DNA of 64,000 nucleotides from a virus (Duplodnaviria; Caudoviricetes): positions 128,001 through 192,000 of the IMG/VR virus record IMGVR_UViG_3300005077_000001; one strand, 5' to 3'. Positions 56,653-64,000 of the stretch are shown here, in pieces; position 1 is the first letter of the stretch, and every line of letters begins with the position of its first letter. Below the pieces are notes generated by a model, which was not told the DNA's origin, ran no database searches, and saw nothing but the letters and a program-made list of their open reading frames with translations. The position numbers and the translations under genes were made by a program.

Positions 56653-57828
56653 ATGCACGTAAAAGTAAATCCAATTTTGCTTAGAGATGCAGTATTAAAA
56701 CTTAGACACCTTAATAAAGTTTCTTCTCTAGATATTAAATATATGGTTTATTGTTTAAATGCTAAAGAAGATAATACTCTTGACATTATTGCTAGTGATT
56801 TAGATTCCGTTTCTATCAAAGTTACAATCCCTGTGAATGTTATCAAGAGCGGCTGTATCAATATCAATGGAAATAATTTCCAAAAAGTAATTAATAAAAT
56901 TCAAAGTAAAAATGAAGTTAAAACAGACATAGTTGATTTAAAATTAAAAGATAATAATCTTATGTTTAATACAAAAACAATTTACAATGATGTTGAAATT
57001 GATAATAGCAGATTGTTTACTTTAGTAGAATTTGATTTTAGTAATGAAGGTGATTCATTAAAAGGACAGAAACTTTCTTGGATGGATGCTGTCTTACTAA
57101 AAGATATGCTAAATATATGTGCCAGTATAACTGATAATAAAAATGTAGATTATATTGAATTATCTGGTATTGCTTTTAAATTAAGTAAAGACGGTCACCT
57201 AGTTTTAGCTGGTTGTGACGGACCAAAATTGGTGGAATGCTCAACAATGTTGAGCGGAGAATATCCAGAAGTAAATGCTGTCCTTCCTAAAATTATATTT
57301 ACTATTTTAAACGGAAGTGTAGCTCCAGAGGAGCAAATTGGCTTTGTATTTTCTGATAGAGAAGCAAGATTTGAATTGCACAAAGATAAGGAAAATATGC
57401 ATGTTGTTATTACTTGTTCTTTAGTATATGGAAACTATCCCAATTTCAATGATTTTTTTAATGTGGATGCTCAATCCTTGATTCTAAATAACCAATTACT
57501 ATTAGACAATATTTTGAATATCTCCGATATTCTTAGTGATGATTCATTTAAAGTAGAGTTAAAGGCAAAAGGAACCAAACTAGATTTAAAAGGAGCAAGT
57601 TCTTTAACTAAAGAAATCAGAAATGAGGGTTTAAAGTTAAATAAAGCCGTGGATAATGAGGTATCAATTGTAATCAATGCAAACGATATTAAAAGCATAT
57701 TGTCTTTTATAAAGGATAGAGACGTGGAATTAAGAATTGGTACGATGGAACAACCTATCACTATACTACCTATCACCGATAATCCTTCCATTGCTTTAAG
57801 AGGGCTAATATCACCAATAGTAGTATGA
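56653..57828 (+). CDS. dnaN: DNA polymerase III beta sliding clamp homolog
   Basis: 391 aa, three-domain size. LSGIAF...LVLAGCDGPKLVE (aTDG.RL-like), LVYGNYPNF, C-terminal LISPIV. Confidence 0.8.
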   Translation: MHVKVNPILLRDAVLKLRHLNKVSSLDIKYMVYCLNAKEDNTLDIIASDLDSVSIKVTIPVNVIKSGCININGNNFQKVINKIQSKNEVKTDIVDLKLKDNNLMFNTKTIYNDVEIDNSRLFTLVEFDFSNEGDSLKGQKLSWMDAVLLKDMLNICASITDNKNVDYIELSGIAFKLSKDGHLVLAGCDGPKLVECSTMLSGEYPEVNAVLPKIIFTILNGSVAPEEQIGFVFSDREARFELHKDKENMHVVITCSLVYGNYPNFNDFFNVDAQSLILNNQLLLDNILNISDILSDDSFKVELKAKGTKLDLKGASSLTKEIRNEGLKLNKAVDNEVSIVINANDIKSILSFIKDRDVELRIGTMEQPITILPITDNPSIALRGLISPIVV

Positions 57829-57838
57829 GGATACATAC

Positions 57839-58690
57839 ATGAAACGTAAAAGTTCGTTGTTATTTAATCAAAGTAAAAAGGATAAGATTCAATATTGTAT
57901 TGAGTGTTTGCATCAAAATGGCTATGGTGTATTCAAACTTGATGATACTGATGATATAAAGATAGAAGAAATGATTTTACAATTACAATCTTTGGGCCAT
58001 AAAATTACTAGATTGGAAGAAGATTTGGTTAAAGTTGATGTTAGTAAAATACGTAATAGTGAAGATATTGTAATGTATTTTTATGAAATGTTAAAACGTA
58101 ATAAGCTTAATCATGACCCCACAAAAATTCCTAAAAACAGAGATGAAAGAAAAACTGATATAAGTATAGTTAATTCCTATATTCAGCATCGCGTTTTAAA
58201 TAATAATATGAGTTCTAAAATTGCCTTGGAAGAACTTTTCAAATTAATAGAAATTCTTTTTGAAGTATATGAAGATTGGGGTATAAATTTAGAGAGCATG
58301 GGAGTTCTAAGTGTTAACTCTAGTAAGGGGTTAGTAAATTCTTTGTTACAAGAATTAAAAAGCAGAGAAGATTCCGAATTAGAATTTGTAATAAGTGAAT
58401 TAATATACGAAAGGAACTCTAATGACTATGAAGTAGTTATAGAAGAAAGTATTAATGAACTAGATAAAATACAATTAGAGCCAGAAGTTGAACCTAAAGA
58501 AATAAAATTTAGAGAAGAACCTACAGAAGAGCCAATCGTAATAAAACGAAAAAGAGGAAGACCCAAAGGCTCAAAAAATAAGCCAAAAGAAGTAGAAGTT
58601 GTTGAAGTACAAAAGGTTGAGGAAGAGTTACCTATAAAAAAACGTCTTGGTAGACCCAAAGGCTCAAAAAATAAACCAAAGGAGAAATAA
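57839..58690 (+). CDS. Hypothetical protein with two C-terminal AT-hook motifs
   Basis: KRKRGRPKGSKNKPK and KKRLGRPKGSKNKPK, encoded by a near-identical DNA repeat (58559-58592, 58652-58685). Confidence 0.65.
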   Translation: MKRKSSLLFNQSKKDKIQYCIECLHQNGYGVFKLDDTDDIKIEEMILQLQSLGHKITRLEEDLVKVDVSKIRNSEDIVMYFYEMLKRNKLNHDPTKIPKNRDERKTDISIVNSYIQHRVLNNNMSSKIALEELFKLIEILFEVYEDWGINLESMGVLSVNSSKGLVNSLLQELKSREDSELEFVISELIYERNSNDYEVVIEESINELDKIQLEPEVEPKEIKFREEPTEEPIVIKRKRGRPKGSKNKPKEVEVVEVQKVEEELPIKKRLGRPKGSKNKPKEK

Positions 58691-59823
58691 TGGCTAGAAA
58701 AAAAGAGAAAAAAACTGAAATTGAAACAGTAATAGTAGACCCTGCTCTTCAACGAGAAATGGATGATAAACTATTTGAAGCTCTTAAAAAAGAACTTACT
58801 GGTAAATATAAAGGAAGTGTAATAGAATGGTTATCTAGTCCTAAATTGGAAGATAAATATTTTATTTCTTCTGGTTCAATTGCTTTAGACATTGCTTTAG
58901 GTGGAAAAGGATTTCCAGTAAAGAAATTAGTTGAAATATATGGTCCTCCTAGTGGGGGAAAGACAAGCTTATGTATCGAAATAATTAGAAACGCCCAGAA
59001 AGCATTTCCTAATAAAAAACAATTTATTGCTGATGCTGAAGATAAATTATCCACAACTATGGCATTAGATTGGGGACTCGTAGGTGATTCTGTTGCAGTA
59101 TTAAAGGCTGTTGGGGGAGAAGATATTGTTGATGAGGGAGAACAGATGCTCAATAGCGGCTTATTTAATATAGGAGTTCTAGATAGTGTAGCAAGTATAA
59201 GACCTATGAAGGAAATAGAGAATGCTACTGAGAAAGATTTAATGGGAGGTAATTCCAAATTAGTAACAAAAGCTGTTTACAAATGGTCAGCTGCTGCAAT
59301 TGCAACCGAATGCCTACTGCTATTTATCAATCAAGTTAGAGCAAACTTTAAAAGCCCTATGGGTGGAGTGATTACTCCAGGTGGGTATGCATTAGAGCAT
59401 ATTGCTTCTGTTAAACTGAAAGTCTTTACTAAAGGTAAGCAGAGCTTATTGAAGGAAAAAGATGGAAGATTATTTGGTCATAAGTGTTATGTTCAGATTG
59501 AAAAAAACCACCTATCCATTCCAGTTGGATATGAAATTGAATTATACTTAGAATATGGTAAAAGAATTAATCCATATATGGAAGTTTTAAAATTAGGAAC
59601 CGAAACAGGATTAATTGGAAAAGGCGGTGGTGGTTGGTACGAATTTAAAGACGATAAGATTCAAGGAGAAACAGAAGCTGGTAGATATTTGGAAGAAAAT
59701 ACTGAACTATATGAATCTCTACGAGCAGAGCTATATGAGCTTGGTTCTAAAAACCCCGCCGTTGTAGCTAAAGAATTAGAATTAGATAATACAAAAGAAA
59801 ATAAAGAGCAGATTTTTGAGTGA
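58690..59823 (+). CDS. recA: RecA recombinase
   Basis: SSGSIALDIALGGKGFP, VEIYGPPSGGKT (Walker A), GVLDSVA (Walker B), FINQVR, TPGGYALEH. Confidence 0.93.
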   Translation: MARKKEKKTEIETVIVDPALQREMDDKLFEALKKELTGKYKGSVIEWLSSPKLEDKYFISSGSIALDIALGGKGFPVKKLVEIYGPPSGGKTSLCIEIIRNAQKAFPNKKQFIADAEDKLSTTMALDWGLVGDSVAVLKAVGGEDIVDEGEQMLNSGLFNIGVLDSVASIRPMKEIENATEKDLMGGNSKLVTKAVYKWSAAAIATECLLLFINQVRANFKSPMGGVITPGGYALEHIASVKLKVFTKGKQSLLKEKDGRLFGHKCYVQIEKNHLSIPVGYEIELYLEYGKRINPYMEVLKLGTETGLIGKGGGGWYEFKDDKIQGETEAGRYLEENTELYESLRAELYELGSKNPAVVAKELELDNTKENKEQIFE

Positions 59824-60166
59824 CATAGAAGAGCGGATGTATAGTTTATTACAAGAAACTTTTCCTCATTATAAAATAGAAAGACAATTCTATATTATAA
59901 TAAATAATCAAAAATTATTTTTTGATTTTAAAGTAGAGGTTTTAAAATTACTCATTGAGATACAAGGTGAACAACATTATAATTTTAATAAATTCTATCA
60001 CAATGATACTCGGTCATTTAATCAATATAAAATGAGAGATAAAATGAAAGTGCATTGGGCAGAAGAAAATAGCTATACCCTTTTATCTTTTTCGCAAGAA
60101 GAAATTCCTAAAGATAAATTTGAATTAATTAATCTAATACATACTAGTAAGGTGATAGATGGATAA
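59816..60166 (+). CDS. PD-(D/E)xK / Vsr-DUF559-like endonuclease
   Basis: LFFDFKV...LLIEIQGEQHY...RDKMK motif. Confidence 0.7.
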   Translation: MSDIEERMYSLLQETFPHYKIERQFYIIINNQKLFFDFKVEVLKLLIEIQGEQHYNFNKFYHNDTRSFNQYKMRDKMKVHWAEENSYTLLSFSQEEIPKDKFELINLIHTSKVIDG

Positions 60167-60644
60167 CGGAACAAAAGAATTTGATATAACTTCTGAGTAT
60201 GCTAAAAAATATAGATTTCATTTGTTAAATTTCAATGAATCCATTATAGACACTATCTTCTCTGATTCTTTACCTGACATGATCAACGTACTGCCTTCTG
60301 AAGACTTAACTAAGTATCTAGTAGCTTTATCTCAATATATGCTATATGTAAATTATCAACATAACTTAGATAATATATATTTTATGGAACATAAGAGGAT
60401 ATTTGATTCTAAACGAATGGAGATTATCATACTAAACGATTTAAAGGGGAGATCGAATGATGAGCTACTAGCTAAAGCGTTAGATAAGGACCCATCTTTG
60501 AAAATACTAGAGGATAAGGCTAAGGAAGCAGAAAAGATAGCTAGAATAGCAGAAAAAATAATGGATAGTGTAAAAGAACTTATAAATGCTATAAAGAAAG
60601 AATTAGAACGGAGAAATTATGAAAGACAAACTGGAAAGATCTGA
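60159..60644 (+). CDS. Helical protein, possibly a UvsY-like recombination mediator
   Basis: All-helical/coiled-coil composition, located between recA and dnaB. Assignment is contextual only. Confidence 0.3.
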   Translation: MDNGTKEFDITSEYAKKYRFHLLNFNESIIDTIFSDSLPDMINVLPSEDLTKYLVALSQYMLYVNYQHNLDNIYFMEHKRIFDSKRMEIIILNDLKGRSNDELLAKALDKDPSLKILEDKAKEAEKIARIAEKIMDSVKELINAIKKELERRNYERQTGKI

Positions 60645-62046
60645 TGTTGAACGTGCAGTCATATCCCTCCTTTTAAGAAATAATAATTTAATACTTGAAG
60701 TTGATGGGAAGTTAGCTCCTAATGATTTTCAAAACGCTATTAATAAGCATTTATTTAGAGAGATAATAGGATTATATAATACAGGCTTTTCTACTTTTTC
60801 AAAAGAAGAATTTGTTAATGTTATAGTTCGTGCTAGTGCATTTGATTCCAAAGCTTTAGAAGAATATGTTGATGCTCTTTATGATGTAGATATAAAAGCA
60901 GATAATATATTGAATTATATAGACATATTGCTTGATTTAAGATTAAAGCGTGATATGCTTTTTAATTTGAAGGATTGCTTGGATTATGTAGATCTCAATA
61001 TTGAAAAATATAAAGGACAAGAGTTATTAGGGAAAGTACAGGAACAAATATTTAAGGTAAGTACTAGTGCTATTAAAAAAGGACCCGTTGATGTTTCAGA
61101 ATTAGTGACTAAGATATTACCAGAAAAATTAGCTAATAAAGAACATAATTTAGGAGTCCCCAGCCCTTTTCCAGAATTAGATAAGTATACTTTAGGTTTT
61201 AAACGTAAACGATTATATGTGGTTAGTGCTCGACCAAATGAAGGTAAATCTTCCTTTGCTCTAAATTGTGCATTATACGCAGCTTACTTTGCTAAAATGA
61301 ATAGAGCAAGAGTCTTGTATTTAGATACAGAAATGGCTGAAGAAGAGTGGTTTGATAGGGCTACTTCAAATTTATCTGGTGTAGATGGGCAAGTAATTGA
61401 AGCTGGGTTATGGGAAAGAAATGAAAAGGAGAATGAGGCTGTTAAGAAAGCTCACGATATTCTATTACAGCCGAATCATATCTTCTTTGAGCATATTCCA
61501 GACTTTTCCCTTGAAAGTTTAACTTCCTTGATTAGGCAATATGTATACATGTATAATATTGGATTTATAATTTATGACTATATTAAATTACCAGAGTCTT
61601 ACGATTTTTCTAGAGATGAGTGGGAAATTATTTATGGTTTAGCTAGAAAATTAAAATACTTAGCTAAGATATTGGATGTACCTATCCTGGCGCTTTTACA
61701 GCAGAATAGAGAAGGAGATAGCAAATCTAGAGTTGGAGGAACAGTTCTAGCTGGAGGAGATGGGGTTTTAAAAGAAGCAGATGGCGTATTCTTCCTTAAT
61801 CAGAAATCTTATAAAGAAATAGAGCAAGAAGGATTAGACTATGGAACTCATATTTTTCAAGTATATAAGTTACGAAACGGACCAAAATCTTTTAAGGGAT
61901 TCAATTTAGATTTTAAAAATTATTGTTACAGATTTTACTCAGCTAGAAAACAAAGTATAGAAATAATTCCAGCAACAGCTTTACCAAAACCAAATGGAGA
62001 AGCTAATATTAAAATGTTAAATACCTTAGGTAGAAATGCAAAATAA
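60619..62046 (+). CDS. dnaB: Replicative DNA helicase DnaB
   Basis: ERAVISLLL N-terminus, SARPNEGKS Walker A, YLDTEM, IIYDYI Walker B, PILALLQQNR. Confidence 0.92.
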   Translation: MKDKLERSDVERAVISLLLRNNNLILEVDGKLAPNDFQNAINKHLFREIIGLYNTGFSTFSKEEFVNVIVRASAFDSKALEEYVDALYDVDIKADNILNYIDILLDLRLKRDMLFNLKDCLDYVDLNIEKYKGQELLGKVQEQIFKVSTSAIKKGPVDVSELVTKILPEKLANKEHNLGVPSPFPELDKYTLGFKRKRLYVVSARPNEGKSSFALNCALYAAYFAKMNRARVLYLDTEMAEEEWFDRATSNLSGVDGQVIEAGLWERNEKENEAVKKAHDILLQPNHIFFEHIPDFSLESLTSLIRQYVYMYNIGFIIYDYIKLPESYDFSRDEWEIIYGLARKLKYLAKILDVPILALLQQNREGDSKSRVGGTVLAGGDGVLKEADGVFFLNQKSYKEIEQEGLDYGTHIFQVYKLRNGPKSFKGFNLDFKNYCYRFYSARKQSIEIIPATALPKPNGEANIKMLNTLGRNAK

Positions 62047-63130
62047 AGAAATAATTAAATTGATTAAAGATACTGTTAATCCTATGTATGTATTTAGTTC
62101 TTTAGGATTAAAAGCTACTCATGAAACTTCTACAGAAATAAGAACAAAATGTCCTTTTCACAAAGGGAAAAATCCAACCTCTTTTAGATTTAATAAAACT
62201 ACTGGATCATGGGTATGCTTTTCAAACCACTGTCATGAAAATTATAGTGATATCTTTGGATTAGTTATGAAGGTGCTAGGAGTAGATTTTAAGCAAGCAT
62301 TAAATTATGTTGCTGATTTGGCGGGTATTGATATTAATGGGGGGTTAGCTAATCCAGATACAGAGAAGCTATTGACTGAAGCAAGTATTTTAAATTTTAT
62401 ATCTTCTAGAAGAGTTAAATCTACCAATTCAAGTCGTAAAGTATATGACGAATCAATATTACAAGAAATAAAGCAGATAGATAGTTCTTACTTTTTTATG
62501 CGAGATGGGTTTTCTGAAGAGACTTTGCGCTATTTTGAACTTGGAGGTTCTTATATAGATACGTTTGGTGTTACTAGATCGGCCATACCTATTAGAGATG
62601 AGAATAATAATTTAGTTATGATAACGGGAAGAAGAATAGACAATGATGATGACCCTAGATATTTACCATTGGAAAAGGGGTGGTATAAAGGTAGTGTATT
62701 GTATAACTACAATAATGCAAAAAATTGGATTAATGTATATGAAGGCCGATTAATAATTGTAGAAGGTTTTAAAGGTTGTTGGAAGATGGTACAAGATGGG
62801 TTTTTTAATACGGTCGCGTGTATGGGATCTAAAGTAACTTCTGAACAATCAAAATTGCTATTTAAGAATATGCATATAAGAGAAGTTATAATCATGTTGG
62901 ATGGGGATAAAGCTGGTAGAAAAGGAAGTGTTTCATCATTAAATAATATTAGAATTGGATGTAAGGTTACGAATATTATATTACCTGATAAAACTGATCC
63001 CAGTACTTTAAATAAAGAAGATATGTTTGATTTATTATCTTCAAAGAATAGTTATTTTACTAAGTTAATAAACAAACTAAAAAAGGAGCAAAGTGAAAAT
63101 GGAGAATCGACCATTCGGAGCAACTCGTAA
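62036..63130 (+). CDS. dnaG: DNA primase DnaG
   Basis: CHC2 Zn finger CPFH...WVCFSNHC. TOPRIM IIVEGF and MLDGDKAG. Confidence 0.92.
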   Translation: MQNKEIIKLIKDTVNPMYVFSSLGLKATHETSTEIRTKCPFHKGKNPTSFRFNKTTGSWVCFSNHCHENYSDIFGLVMKVLGVDFKQALNYVADLAGIDINGGLANPDTEKLLTEASILNFISSRRVKSTNSSRKVYDESILQEIKQIDSSYFFMRDGFSEETLRYFELGGSYIDTFGVTRSAIPIRDENNNLVMITGRRIDNDDDPRYLPLEKGWYKGSVLYNYNNAKNWINVYEGRLIIVEGFKGCWKMVQDGFFNTVACMGSKVTSEQSKLLFKNMHIREVIIMLDGDKAGRKGSVSSLNNIRIGCKVTNIILPDKTDPSTLNKEDMFDLLSSKNSYFTKLINKLKKEQSENGESTIRSNS

Positions 63131-63569
63131 AGTCGTGCCCGGTCAGAGAAGAAGTTCTGGAAGTAATCAAAAGAACGGTAATTTTTTTAATAATGATCGC
63201 AATAGGCAAGGTAATACTAACTCCAAAGCAGAAAGATATGTTTTAGAAGAAAAACCCATGGAAAATGGGGAGCTTGTTGAGGGATCTAATCGAGTTCAAC
63301 TTATTGGGTACATTGGATACCAACAATTGGCTGATACACCACAGGGTCACGTTAAATTGACAGCTTTATTCTTTATTCCATTTACTGATAAGAATGGGGA
63401 TCGTAAGCGTATAGGTTATAAAATTACAGCATGGGATGACACGGCTGAACAGCTCAACGATATTGAAGCTGGAACTCCTCTCCAGATTCATGGTAGTTTG
63501 AATAAATATACCCCTAAGGATGCCCCAGAGCGTTATGATGTAAAAGTAGAAGAATTCTGGATTCTATAA
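63093..63569 (+). CDS. ssb: Single-stranded DNA-binding protein (OB fold) with N-terminal low-complexity extension
   Basis: NRVQLIGYIG...YKITAWDDTAEQL...GTPLQIHGSL matches the SSB pattern. Confidence 0.7.
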   Translation: MKMENRPFGATRKVVPGQRRSSGSNQKNGNFFNNDRNRQGNTNSKAERYVLEEKPMENGELVEGSNRVQLIGYIGYQQLADTPQGHVKLTALFFIPFTDKNGDRKRIGYKITAWDDTAEQLNDIEAGTPLQIHGSLNKYTPKDAPERYDVKVEEFWIL

Positions 63570-63581
63570 TCAGGTGTAATA

Positions 63582-64000
63582 ATGAATCCTTATGAAATAT
63601 TAGGTGTTGGGAGAGATGCAGATGAAGAAACGATAAAAAAAGCTTATCGTAAAAAGGCGATGGAGTATCATCCCGATAGGAATCCAGATAACCCTCAAGC
63701 AGAGGAAAAATTTAAAGAAGTTGCAGAAGCTTATGAGAGATTAACTAACCCAGAAGCTCCCAACATTGGTCCTGGTTTTAATCCTTTTGAGTTTTTTAAT
63801 AACTTTTCAAGACAAGCAGGTTTTGGTAATTTTAATTTTAACCAGGGCCCAGCAAAAGTGGGGGATAATATAGTAATATATGTGGAAGCTTCTATTGCAG
63901 ATATTATATTAGGTTCTACTTTATATGCAGAATATGAACGTCATGGTCAATGCAGTGAATGCGGAGGAAAAGGAGGAGAGGGTGTTATAAAATGCCCAGA
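63582..64000 (+). CDS. dnaJ: DnaJ/Hsp40 co-chaperone (3'-truncated by the window edge; not in the ORF track)
   Basis: Translated by hand: [35 protein letters not shown]...[14 protein letters not shown]-rich region, then CSECGGKG Zn finger. Confidence 0.9.
   Translation, partial: MNPYEILGVGRDADEETIKKAYRKKAMEYHPDRNPDNPQAEEKFKEVAEAYERLTNPEAPNIGPGFNPFEFFNNFSRQAGFGNFNFNQGPAKVGDNIVIYVEASIADIILGSTLYAEYERHGQCSECGGKGGEGVIKCP

Noticed and set aside
6347-59258. Minus-strand and out-of-frame ORFs in the track (e.g. 6347-6703, 15992-16513, 57471-57836, 58749-59258)
   Set aside because: All lie within or largely overlap longer + strand genes, show no recognisable motifs, and look like shadow ORFs.
58690-62046. 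Inteins in RecA or DnaB
   Set aside because: Lengths (377 and 475 aa) are normal and the motifs are contiguous.
1-64000. Stop-codon reassignment, as in some large phages
   Set aside because: Coding density is near complete in the standard code, and genes end in TAA, TAG and TGA at coupled junctions.

Overview
Segment of a large, AT-rich tailed bacteriophage genome (jumbo-phage-like). All credible genes are on the + strand in the standard code. 1-55.2 kb is a virion morphogenesis region: a >3.6 kaa tape-measure-like protein, open at the window edge, with internal metallopeptidase, kinase and nucleotidyltransferase motifs; baseplate-hub-like and tail-tube-like genes; a head-tail connector-like gene; and many large Ig-like/LamG/glycan-binding structural proteins. 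Four selfish nuclease genes sit at its gene junctions: an intact IscB with its omega RNA (OMEGA system) whose transposon-end hairpins appear lost, and three Myb-repeat LAGLIDADG endonucleases. A structured 276-bp non-coding gap and a duplicated 27-bp promoter-like motif follow. 55.5-64 kb holds small Zn-finger/HNH ORFs and a replication/recombination module (beta clamp, AT-hook protein, RecA, PD-(D/E)xK nuclease, DnaB, DnaG, SSB, truncated DnaJ). All calls come from motif recognition by eye; no database searches were run.
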